From an uncultured Candidatus Entotheonella sp. (lineage in GTDB: Bacteria > Tectomicrobia > Entotheonellia > Entotheonellales > Entotheonellaceae), in contig CBDCDA010000001.1 of assembly GCA_965215335.1 (NCBI GenBank), positions 32,001 to 96,000 of the forward strand: 64,000 nt of DNA, written 5' to 3'. Shown here in pieces: positions 48,909 through 57,458 of this stretch (positions are counted from its first letter, which is position 1; each line of letters begins with the position of its first letter). The position numbers and the translations under genes are program-made. The notes under the pieces are model-generated. The model made no database searches, had not been told where the DNA came from, and saw nothing but the letters and a program-made list of their open reading frames with translations.

Positions 48909-49661
48909 ATGCGTGACAAGGTGGCGATCATTACGGGCGCGGGCAGCGGTATCGGCCGGGAAGCGGCGCTGGCGTTGCTGCGGGCGGGATACGCGGTGGC
49001 GCTGGCCGGGCGGCGGGCCGAGCGCCTGGAGGAGACGGTGAAAGCGGCCGGCGATGAGGGCTCGCGGGCACTGGCGGTCCCTACCGACGTGGCCGACCCG
49101 GTCTCAATACGGGCACTGTTTTCCAAGACCAAGGAGGCGTTCGGGCGCCTGGACGTGCTGTTCAACAACGCCGGCACCGGCGCGCCGCCCGTACCGCTGG
49201 AAGACCTCACCTACGAACAGTGGAAGACCGTGGTGGACATCAACCTGACCGGCGCCTTTCTGTGTACCCAGGAGGCATTCAAATTGATGAAGGTCCAGGA
49301 CCCCATGGGCGGACGCATCGTCAACAACGGCTCCATCTCGGCCACCACACCGCGGCCCAACTCGGCGCCGTACACGTCCACCAAACACGGCATGACGGGT
49401 CTCACCAAGGCCACTTCGCTGGACGGGCGCAAGTACAACATCGCCTGCGGTCAGATCGATATCGGCAACGCCGCCACCGAGATGACCCAGCGCATGCAGG
49501 GCGGCGTGTTGCAGGCACACGGCGAGGTGATGGTGGAACCGACCATGGATGCCGCCCACGTGGCCGACGCCGTGGTGTACATGGCCGGGCTGCCGCTGGA
49601 CGCGAACGTGCAGTTCATCACGGTGATGGCGACGAAGATGCCGTTCATCGGCCGGGGGTGA
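48909..49661 (+). CDS. SDR-family oxidoreductase
   Basis: [17 protein letters not shown]. Confidence 0.93.
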   Translation: MRDKVAIITGAGSGIGREAALALLRAGYAVALAGRRAERLEETVKAAGDEGSRALAVPTDVADPVSIRALFSKTKEAFGRLDVLFNNAGTGAPPVPLEDLTYEQWKTVVDINLTGAFLCTQEAFKLMKVQDPMGGRIVNNGSISATTPRPNSAPYTSTKHGMTGLTKATSLDGRKYNIACGQIDIGNAATEMTQRMQGGVLQAHGEVMVEPTMDAAHVADAVVYMAGLPLDANVQFITVMATKMPFIGRG

Positions 49662-49664
49662 GAC

Positions 49665-49997
49665 TCACAGCAAGTCCCTCCCCTCCGCCAGCGCCCGGCT
49701 GACGAAGCAGTTGCCGGCGGCCAGCATGTCATCCAATTCGGTGCGGGTATAGACGACGAGGTCGACGGGGATGCCGACGCCCTCGGGCCGGTACACGGCG
49801 GCGCGCTCGGAATACGGCAGGTCGGTCACATGCAGCACCAGCAGCACGTCGGCGTCGCTTCCAGGAACGGCGTCGCCGCGCTGCAAAGACCCAAACAGCA
49901 CCGCGCGCTCAATCTCCGGGCGCCGTACCTTCAGCGCCTCCATCGTTTCCTGAAGGCGCTGGATCGTCTCCTTTCGGTTTAGCCAGGACACCTTCAC
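49665..49997 (-). CDS. Minimal nucleotidyltransferase (MNT) antitoxin
   Basis: LFGSLQRGDAVPGSDADV (GSx10DxD), PVDLVVYT. Start uncertain. Confidence 0.85.
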   Translation of the reverse strand: MKVSWLNRKETIQRLQETMEALKVRRPEIERAVLFGSLQRGDAVPGSDADVLLVLHVTDLPYSERAAVYRPEGVGIPVDLVVYTRTELDDMLAAGNCFVSRALAEGRDLL

Positions 49998-50367
49998 AGA
50001 AGACGATAATGTTTTCGGCGTTGGATACTGCACGAACGGCCTCCCCCTGCATGTAATGTTCAAACGGCGCGCCTGCCGGATGTGAATTGGGATACCGAGC
50101 CGGTATGTAGTGGCGGTCCAGTTCCCTCGCTGCATTCAGCAACTCGGTCTCGACCGCACGAGAAACCGGTAACGCCTTCAACAAATCCGTGACCGAATGG
50201 CCCCAGGCTTCCCCGCCCAGTTTCTGGAAAACGGCCTTGATCACCTTCTCGGCGGCTTGTTGAGCGGCAAAACAGGCCCACTCGTAATGGCCGCCCTCAA
50301 TGCACCAGCGGGCGAGTTCCACGTCCCGTTGCCCCTGGTTGAACCAGTCTTGATGTCGGCTTGCCAT
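49909..50367 (-). CDS. HEPN-domain protein
   Basis: WACFAAQQAAEKVIKA, WGHS, LDRHYIPARYPN. Confidence 0.9.
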   Translation of the reverse strand: MASRHQDWFNQGQRDVELARWCIEGGHYEWACFAAQQAAEKVIKAVFQKLGGEAWGHSVTDLLKALPVSRAVETELLNAARELDRHYIPARYPNSHPAGAPFEHYMQGEAVRAVSNAENIIVFCEGVLAKPKGDDPAPSGNDGGAEGTAPGD

Positions 50368-50491
50368 GTGGCCTGTTTCCGAGGTGGAAAATGCGTACAC
50401 TCACGCAAGAGGGTGTTTGTGAATGATTCTGAAGCCGCTTGGGCCGGTTTCAGAGGTTGTCTTGCCGGGCCTCATCGCCGCGGGCGCCATG

Positions 50492-50556
50492 CCTGGGAGC
50501 GCGGGCTTCCAGCCCCGCAAAGCGGAACCCTGCGGGCAAGATGCCCGTGCTCCCGG
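50492..50556. repeat. REP-like inverted repeat pair
   Basis: cctgggagcgcgggcttccagccc...gggcaagatgcccgtgctcccgg, imperfect long hairpin. Confidence 0.55.
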
Positions 50557-50674
50557 AGAGGCAGCGCTATTCACAAACGCCCTCCATGACTGTCCCATTC
50601 TCAGGACCCCGGCAAGCCGCCGTCAAGACCGGGATTCTGCCTCGGAGAATCTGTTTCATAAGGGCATCTCTAGG

Positions 50675-51330
50675 TGTACAGTCCCGGAGATTGATGGTGC
50701 GATCCTTTCCGTGCAATCGAAGGAGGCCCTATGGGACAGGTGCTTCACGGAAGCACCACGACCACGCACGCCGTCAGAAAAGCAATACAGCAATTGAGAG
50801 AGCCGCTCAAGAAACTGAGCCAAACCTGTGGCATCAACCCCAAGACCGTCCGAAAATGGCGAAAGCGAAACACCGTCGAAGACCACAAGACAGGACCCGG
50901 ACAACCGCGCCCGACACTTCTCGGCGAGGACGAGGAAGCCCTCATCGTGGCCTTCCGCCGCCACACCCTGCTGCCACTCGACGACTGCCTCCATGCGCTC
51001 AAACCGAGACCCTCCCGCATCTCACCCGTTCGTCACGCCATCGCTGCCTGAGGCGTCATGACATCAGCCGCCTGCCGCAAAAGAGGGGGGCGACAAACCC
51101 GAAAGGTAGCGCTTCAGGCGCTACCCTATCGGCTATTTCCATGTCGACATTGCCGAACTGCGCACCGCCGAGGGCAAACTCCATCTGTTCATCGCCATCG
51201 ACCGGACCTCGAAATTCGCCTTTCGCCAGGCTGGTGGAACGCGCCACCACGAAAGGAGCGGCAGCATTCCTGGACGACCTGGTTGCAGCCGTGCCCTGCC
51301 AGGTCCATACGGTGCTGACCGACGATACAC
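50675..51330 (+). mobile_element. IS481-family element, frameshifted and truncated by IS5
   Basis: TGT end at 50675, MGQVLHGSTTTT...GINPKTVRKW...LLPLDDCL, then frameshifted PIGYFHVD...HTVLTDD. Confidence 0.85.
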
Positions 51331-51333
51331 CTA

Positions 51334-52176
51334 GGCTCAGGACCTATAAAAGGGTATCATTGATCATGTAGGATTCAAGACCCTAACTTCATAAGGAGGT
51401 TCATCATGCCCGATCACTGCTTCTGGCTATCCGACGTGCAGTTTGCCCGCCTGAAACCCCTGCTACCCACCAAGGTGCGGGGCGTCCCACGCGTCGATGA
51501 CCGAAAAGTCATCAGCGGCATCATCCACGTCATTCGATACGGTCTGATGTGGCGCCACGCGCCCGCCTGCTACGGTCCCCACAAGACGCTCTACAACCGC
51601 TTCGTGCGCTGGAGCAAGGCCGGTGTCTTCGACCGCATCTTCCAAACCTTGGCCGCCGACAGCACGGCCACCGAGACCGTCATGATCGACAGCACGCATC
51701 TCAAGGCGCATCGCACCGCTGCCAGCCTGCTTGAGGGGGGGCTTTTCCGCGTCATATCGGGCGTACCCGAGGCGGCCTCGACTCGAAACTTCACGCCGTC
51801 TGCGACGGCGACGGCAAGCCCGTCGTCATGGTGTTGACTGCGGGCCAGGTCAGCGACTATCGCGGGGCGGACATGGCGCTGCCCGCATTGCCGGAGGCCG
51901 ACGTGCTGATTGCCGACAAGGGTTATGACAGCAACCGGCTGCGCAAGGCGCTTGCCGAGCGCAAGATCAAGCCCTGTATTCCAGGCCGTGCCAATCGTAA
52001 AGAGCCGATTGTCTACGACACGGAGCTTTACAAGAGCCGTAATCTCATCGAGCGCCTGTTCGGTCGTCTCAAGGATTGGCGTCGCATCGCCACGCGCTAT
52101 GACCGGTGTGCGCACACCTTTTTCAGTGCCATCTGCCTTGCTGCCACGGTCATCTTCTGGATATGAGTCCTGAACC
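51334..52176 (+). mobile_element. IS5-family (IS427-like) element with two-frame transposase
   Basis: IRs ggctcaggac and gtcctgaacc with TA on both sides. orfA from 51406, orfB to 52166 (IADKGYD, RNLIERLFGRLKDWRRIATRYD). Confidence 0.92.
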
Positions 52177-52373
52177 TAAGCACAACCGGGTGTGAGATGT
52201 GTCGACTGCGATCTTTGACAGGCAATTTCCCGTTGCCGAGCGGCGAAATCTCCCTGGAAGTCGAGTTCATGTTCATACCGACACGGTGTGAATTGCCGAC
52301 CCTGGCATCTTTGACCATCCCATGAGGCATTTTTCGAGGTGCCCTGTATGTCCTTGTTTGTGGATTTCTCGAC

Positions 52374-52631
52374 ATGACTCCAGTGTCAATTACATCAACG
52401 TATATCGACGGTGTTTTTATCGTCCGCAAGGCCAAGCGGATGCCCTCAAACACCCGACAGGAGTACAGAAGTGCAGGTGCCAGACGCAAACGTCGCCACG
52501 AATATGTAAATTCTCTTGATTCAGCGAGATACCATACCGATGTGTTCCAGAGAATGATCGATAAGATTCAGCGCATGACTGGCGACACCGCCCCAGAGAC
52601 GGACAAGGCGCTGGAACAAGGGTATTTTTGA
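52374..52631 (+). CDS. Hypothetical protein (lower GC)
   Basis: 85-aa ORF, no recognisable motif. Confidence 0.3.
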   Translation: MTPVSITSTYIDGVFIVRKAKRMPSNTRQEYRSAGARRKRRHEYVNSLDSARYHTDVFQRMIDKIQRMTGDTAPETDKALEQGYF

Positions 52632-52701
52632 GGTTCAGTCAAGTGCAATACCGGGCGGTGGGGCGACCGTCTACCCAATGGTCCGGCAGGGAAAATATGG
52701 T

Positions 52702-53166
52702 TCAAGGTGAGGCGAAAATCTCCACCAACCGCTGCTGCCGGTAGTCGAAGATACGCTCCAGGGTGCGGCGCACGAACAGCCGATGCGCCAACGCGCCCAG
52801 GAAGCCGCAGGGCAGGGCATAGGTCACTTGGTCGATCACCCAGGTGCCGCCGGGGGCGTCCTGGAATTCGTGCACATGGTGCCAGTAGCGATAAGGACCG
52901 GAGAGTTGCACGTCAACGAAGCGCACCGTGGGTTCGAACGTTTCGATGCGCGTTCGCCAGCGCATGGGAACGCCGCCCAGGCGGATGCGGTAGTCGATGA
53001 GGGCACCGCGGCGCATGTCCAGCGGCAGGGGGGTGAGGATACGGAAGTCGAGAAACGCCGGGGTGAGCATGTCGAGATTGCGGGCCTCGGAGAAGAAGGC
53101 GAACACCTCGTCGCGCGGACGCGGCACGAAGTGTTGACGTTCCAGCCGATGCACCGTGTCCCTCAC
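52702..53166 (-). CDS. SRPBCC-family protein
   Basis: VFAFFSEARNL..LTP, FVDVQLSGPYRYWHHVHEF, IFDYR. Confidence 0.88.
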   Translation of the reverse strand: MRDTVHRLERQHFVPRPRDEVFAFFSEARNLDMLTPAFLDFRILTPLPLDMRRGALIDYRIRLGGVPMRWRTRIETFEPTVRFVDVQLSGPYRYWHHVHEFQDAPGGTWVIDQVTYALPCGFLGALAHRLFVRRTLERIFDYRQQRLVEIFASP

Positions 53167-53183
53167 CCTTGGCCAGGCCGTCC

Positions 53184-54326
53184 TCAGGCGTCGCGCAGAG
53201 CCGGCAGCACCTCCTTGCCGAACAACTCGATGCTCCGTACCGTGTCCTGGTGCGTCATGTAGCCGTCGTGGCTCCACAGGCACATGTGCCCGACGCCGAG
53301 CAGATCACGCACGTAGCGCAATTTCTCGATGACCTGATCCGGCGTACCGATCACCACCTGGTAGTTCTTCTGCGCCTCCTCGTAAGCCAGTGAGTCGAAG
53401 GCGCGCGACACCGCCCGCAGGCGCCGAATCCCCGCCACGTTGACGGTGGCGTATCCCGGCGGCGCCATCCACTCGCGCGGTTGCTTGTTCAGCGCGCCAT
53501 TCTGCCAGAAGAAGTTCTTGCCTTGTTCCTGGGCGTGCGCCTCGGTGTCCGACACGAAGCAGCGAATCAGATAGCCGATGTTCTCCGGCTGCATCTCGTA
53601 GCCCACCTCTTCGGCCGTTTCGCGGTATATCTGGATGAGTTCCTGGGTCTGTTCCAGGAACGACCCGAGCACGATGTACGGGTAGCGGTGCTGGGCGGCC
53701 CAGACGACCGTTTCCGGGCTGGCGGTGCCGGGCACCATGATGGGCGGGTGCGGCTTCTGGAGCGGCAGCGCCCACGGATTCACCACGCGATACTGAAAAT
53801 GCCTGCCCTCCCAGCGAAACGGTCCGGGGCGGGTCCAGGCCGCAATGATGAGGTCGTGGGCTTCCTCGAAACGCTCGCGGTTGTGCGCCGGATTGACGTT
53901 GTTCGCCAGGCTCTCCACACCGCCGCCGCGCACCACCCCGGAGACCAGCCGGCCGCGCGAGATGCAGTCGATCATGGCCAGTTCCTCAGCCAGACGCAGC
54001 GGGTTGTCGACCACCGGCAGGGGATTGCCCAGCATGACGATCTTGGCGCGCCGGGTGATCTTGGCCAGCACCGCGCCGGTGATGTTGATCGACGCCTGCA
54101 TGCAGAACGGCGCCGTGTGGTGCTCGTTGATCATGATGCCGTCGAAGCCGACTTCGTCCGCGACCTGGTATTCGTCGTGATAGCGGTTGTAGAGCTCGCT
54201 GGCAAGCTCTGCATCGTACAGGCTGTTGGGCAGGGTCAGGCGCAGGGCCGGGTGCTCTGCCTGTACCGAGGGGTCGTAGCCGGTGTAGGGTTGCTCGGTG
54301 AAATAGTAGTACTGGGTGGTGGACAT
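53184..54326 (-). CDS. LLM-class flavin-dependent oxidoreductase
   Basis: GFDGIMINEHH, PLRLAEELAMID, PLQKPHPPI, IELFGKEVLP. Confidence 0.92.
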   Translation of the reverse strand: MSTTQYYYFTEQPYTGYDPSVQAEHPALRLTLPNSLYDAELASELYNRYHDEYQVADEVGFDGIMINEHHTAPFCMQASINITGAVLAKITRRAKIVMLGNPLPVVDNPLRLAEELAMIDCISRGRLVSGVVRGGGVESLANNVNPAHNRERFEEAHDLIIAAWTRPGPFRWEGRHFQYRVVNPWALPLQKPHPPIMVPGTASPETVVWAAQHRYPYIVLGSFLEQTQELIQIYRETAEEVGYEMQPENIGYLIRCFVSDTEAHAQEQGKNFFWQNGALNKQPREWMAPPGYATVNVAGIRRLRAVSRAFDSLAYEEAQKNYQVVIGTPDQVIEKLRYVRDLLGVGHMCLWSHDGYMTHQDTVRSIELFGKEVLPALRDA

Positions 54327-54379
54327 GGAGCGCTCCTTACGGTGGTGGGTACGCGCGGCGGGCGGGTTTCGCAACCCGC

Positions 54380-55174
54380 TCACGGGGCCAGGAACGTCTG
54401 GATCACGGTGGCAAGCTCCTCGGGTCGCTCGAACTGCGGCCAGTGGCCGCAGCGTTCGATCTGATGCAGGGCAGCGCCCGGGATGGCTTGCTGATACAAC
54501 CGGCCGCACTCCGGCGGGATGATGGGGTTGTCGGCGCCCCACACCACCAGGGTCGGCAGCGAAACCTTGCCCAGCATGCCCGGCAGCGCCGCGTCGTACA
54601 TGAAGGGCCGGAAGCACATGCGGATCGACATGGTGCGCCCGGCTTCACGCGGACCGCCGAACTCCTGCCACTCACCGCCGTACAGCCGGTGGTACGCCGG
54701 GCACGCCTCGGCGTCGTAAAAGCCGCGCTCGATCACTTGCTTCCAGGGAAGGATGAAGATGTCGAGGATGTCGCTTTGCTGCGGGCGAATACCGGCGGCG
54801 TTCACCAGAACCAGGCGGCGCAGATTCTGCGGGCACAGGATGGCCATCTGCGCGGCGATCCAGCCGCCGATGCCGAAGCCTGCGACGTCCAGCCCGGCCA
54901 GCCCCGCCCGCTCGATAAACCAGTGATAGAAGACGGCCTGGTGCGCGATGGTTTCCAGCCAGTCGGGCCGCGCCGTCTCGCCGTAACCCGGATGCGCCGG
55001 CGCGTACACGGTCGCCCTGGCCGCCAAGGCATCATGGAACGGCAGCCAGCCCTCGTGCCCCTCGACGCCGTGCAGTATCAGAAGAGGGCGACCTGCGCCC
55101 CCCTTCAACAGGTACAGCTCGGTGTCGGCAAGCGCCATGCGTTCTTCCTGGTATGCCTGTGCCGCTGTCGTCAT
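54380..55174 (-). CDS. Alpha/beta-fold hydrolase-like protein
   Basis: LILHG, HPGYG, GFGIGG (Gly at the nucleophile position), PTLVVWG, CGHWP..ERP. Confidence 0.85.
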   Translation of the reverse strand: MTTAAQAYQEERMALADTELYLLKGGAGRPLLILHGVEGHEGWLPFHDALAARATVYAPAHPGYGETARPDWLETIAHQAVFYHWFIERAGLAGLDVAGFGIGGWIAAQMAILCPQNLRRLVLVNAAGIRPQQSDILDIFILPWKQVIERGFYDAEACPAYHRLYGGEWQEFGGPREAGRTMSIRMCFRPFMYDAALPGMLGKVSLPTLVVWGADNPIIPPECGRLYQQAIPGAALHQIERCGHWPQFERPEELATVIQTFLAP

Positions 55175-55251
55175 TCGCCTTGCTCTCCTTGTCTGGATGC
55201 CTGCTCTCGATGCGCGGCAGTTTATCCGCAAGCTGTTACCGGCGCAAGACG
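55119..55251. repeat. Diverged direct repeat, copy A (leader plus 5' end of the hydrolase gene)
   Basis: Aligns by eye over about 130 bp with 55912-56047. Confidence 0.9.
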
Positions 55252-55364
55252 CCTCGCCGAGGCGTCAGGCCGGGTGCCGGCAACACGCCTGCAAAAACGG
55301 GCTGGCATGATGATGTGGATCTGAGGATGACCTGGACGAGAGCGGTTGGGTGGGCTCGTTGGGT

Positions 55365-55811
55365 TCAGGGCGAGGGCGCGTCGGCGGTTTGCAACTGCTG
55401 CCTGATGACCTGGATCCGGCCTTCGTTGCGGGAGACGCGCTCGCTGAGCTTGCGAAGTTCCGACACGTCGTTTTCCAGGCGCTCGAGGCGCTGGTCCACG
55501 GCGTCGAAGCGCTGGTTGATGTACTTGTCCTGGGCGTCGAAACGCTGGTCGATGTGCTTGTCCTGAGCATCGAAGCGCTGGTCTACCGCGCCGAAGCGCT
55601 GGTTGATGTGCTTGTCTTGAGCATCGAAGCGCTGGTCTACCGCGCCGAAGCGCTGGTCGATGGCGTCGAAGCGCTGGTCGATGGCGTCGAAGCGCTGGTG
55701 AATGGGACTGAGGACGCCAAATTGGATAATTCCGGTGAGCACGGCGAGGATGCCGCCGATTGCCGCCAGGGTCGCCGCGTTTTCCTTGGTCCAGTTCCAT
55801 ATCTTCTGCAT
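55365..55811 (-). CDS. Membrane-anchored coiled-coil repeat protein
   Basis: RBS GGAGG, N-terminal TM helix, tandem (I/V)DQRFDA heptads with QDKH/QDKY inserts, 21-nt DNA repeats at about 55490-55700. Confidence 0.85.
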   Translation of the reverse strand: MQKIWNWTKENAATLAAIGGILAVLTGIIQFGVLSPIHQRFDAIDQRFDAIDQRFGAVDQRFDAQDKHINQRFGAVDQRFDAQDKHIDQRFDAQDKYINQRFDAVDQRLERLENDVSELRKLSERVSRNEGRIQVIRQQLQTADAPSP

Positions 55812-55911
55812 AGGACCTCCAGGATAGTGGAATTTCCAAGGATTGTAACACGGGTTGAGGATTCTGGTTCAGTTGGTGCCGGGCATGTCGACTTGACCAG
55901 GGCGTCATGGA

Positions 55912-56047
55912 TCGGTGTCGGCAAGCGCCATGCGCTCTCCCTGGCAAGCCTGTGCCGCTGTCGCCATTCGCCCGACTCTCCTTGTCTGGATGCCTGCTGC
56001 CTCAATGCGCGGCAGTGTGCTCCGCATGCCGCCACTGGCGCAAGACG
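55912..56047. repeat. Diverged direct repeat, copy B (dead-end copy of the hydrolase 5' end)
   Basis: Encodes MATAAQACQGERMALADTDP* versus MTTAAQAYQEERMALADTEL... in copy A. Confidence 0.9.
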
Positions 56048-56176
56048 GCGTACATGGCCAAGCCGGTCAGTGGCTCACGACAACACGGGGGGGGTAAGCG
56101 CGCATGGCGTCCAAGGCGGCCGAATACGATATGCCCCGCCCGGTACTGCCCCACCGCTTGCGCAAACCGCAGTGGT

Positions 56177-56205
56177 TTGACAGCATCCAAGCCGCCCCTT
56201 ATAGT
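56177..56205 (+). promoter_or_regulatory. Sigma70-type promoter of moaA
   Basis: TTGACA, 17-bp spacer, TATAGT. Confidence 0.75.
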
Positions 56206-56276
56206 CTGCGCAATGGTGCCGGCAGGGTTGAAAGCCGCCCGCTGCAAGCGTGATCCATCGAATCGAAATGGCAATC

Positions 56277-57320
56277 ATGGTCCCAGCAACCCCTCTCGCC
56301 GACGTGTTCGACCGGCCCATGACCAACCTGCGCCTGTCGGTCACCGACCGCTGCAATCTGCGCTGCCAGTATTGCATGCCCGAAGAGGACTACCTGTGGC
56401 TGCCGCGCGCGGACCTGCTGACGTTCGAGGAGATGAATACCCTGGTTCGCCTGTTTACCGAGCTGGGGGTGGAGAAAGTCCGCCTCACCGGCGGCGAACC
56501 ACTGTTGCGACGCGACCTGCCGCTGCTCATTCGCATGCTGGCCGCCAATCCGCGCCTCAACGACCTCGCGCTGACCACCAACGGCGTGCTGCTCGCCGAG
56601 CAGGCCGCCGACCTGCTGGCAGCAGGTCTGCACCGCGTGACCGTCAGCCTCGACACGCTGCGCCCGCAGCGCTTCACGGCCCTGACCCGCCGCACCACGC
56701 ACGCCCGCGTCCTGCAAGGCATCGAGGCGGCACGGGCGGTCGGATTCGAGGACCTGAAACTCGACACCGTGGCCATGCAGGGATACAACGACGACGAGCT
56801 CATCGACCTGATCGAATACGGCAAGCAGGTCGACGCCGAGGTGCGTTTCATCGAATACATGGACGTTGGCGGCGCCACCCATTGGCGCCTGGACAAGGTG
56901 CTGACGCGCGCCGACATTCTCGGCACGCTCTCCCGCCATTACGGCCCCATCACCCCGCTCAACGAAGACAGCCGCGCGCCCGCCGAGCGCTTCGCGTTGC
57001 CCGACGACACGGTCTTCGGCATCATCGCCTCCACCACGGCGCCGTTTTGCCGTTCGTGCGACCGCAGTCGCCTGACCGCCGACGGCATGTGGTACCTGTG
57101 CCTGTATGCCACCGACGGCCTCGACCTGCGCCAGCCGCTGCGCGCCGGCGTTTCCCCGGGGGCGCTCAGGTCGCTGCTCACGCGCACCTGGCAGAGCCGC
57201 GCGGCGCGCGGCGCCGAGGAGAGAAAAGCCCTCGAGCGGCACGGCGGCCGCGGCGCCCTCGTTCAGATCGAAGGACTGCGACAGGACCCCCACCTCGAAA
57301 TGCACACCCGCGGCGGCTGA
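56277..57320 (+). CDS. moaA: GTP 3',8-cyclase (molybdenum cofactor biosynthesis)
   Basis: LRLSVTDRCNLRCQYCMP, RLTGGEP, FCRSCDRSRLTADG...CL, terminal GG. Confidence 0.96.
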   Translation: MVPATPLADVFDRPMTNLRLSVTDRCNLRCQYCMPEEDYLWLPRADLLTFEEMNTLVRLFTELGVEKVRLTGGEPLLRRDLPLLIRMLAANPRLNDLALTTNGVLLAEQAADLLAAGLHRVTVSLDTLRPQRFTALTRRTTHARVLQGIEAARAVGFEDLKLDTVAMQGYNDDELIDLIEYGKQVDAEVRFIEYMDVGGATHWRLDKVLTRADILGTLSRHYGPITPLNEDSRAPAERFALPDDTVFGIIASTTAPFCRSCDRSRLTADGMWYLCLYATDGLDLRQPLRAGVSPGALRSLLTRTWQSRAARGAEERKALERHGGRGALVQIEGLRQDPHLEMHTRGG

Positions 57321-57458
57321 GCGGCCCCCCGCCAACCGTTTTTCCTGCCGCCGCCCATCAGATTGAATTTTCCTTTCGCTTGCGATTCGTATATAGTCAG
57401 CCCTTCAATCCCTCGCTGGCCCCCACCTGCCAGCAGCGCCGACGATCGGGGAGGGAGC

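Noticed and set aside
38225..51330. Inverted IS481 pieces delimiting a mobile island
   Set aside because: Both are degraded fragments without paired ends or a target duplication.
46078..52176. Composite transposon bounded by two IS5 copies
   Set aside because: The copies are clearly diverged, the left one is truncated, and the flanking TA is just the family's target.
55485..55705. Short tandem repeats as a possible CRISPR array
   Set aside because: The units are 21 or 33 nt, in frame inside a protein, with no unique spacers.
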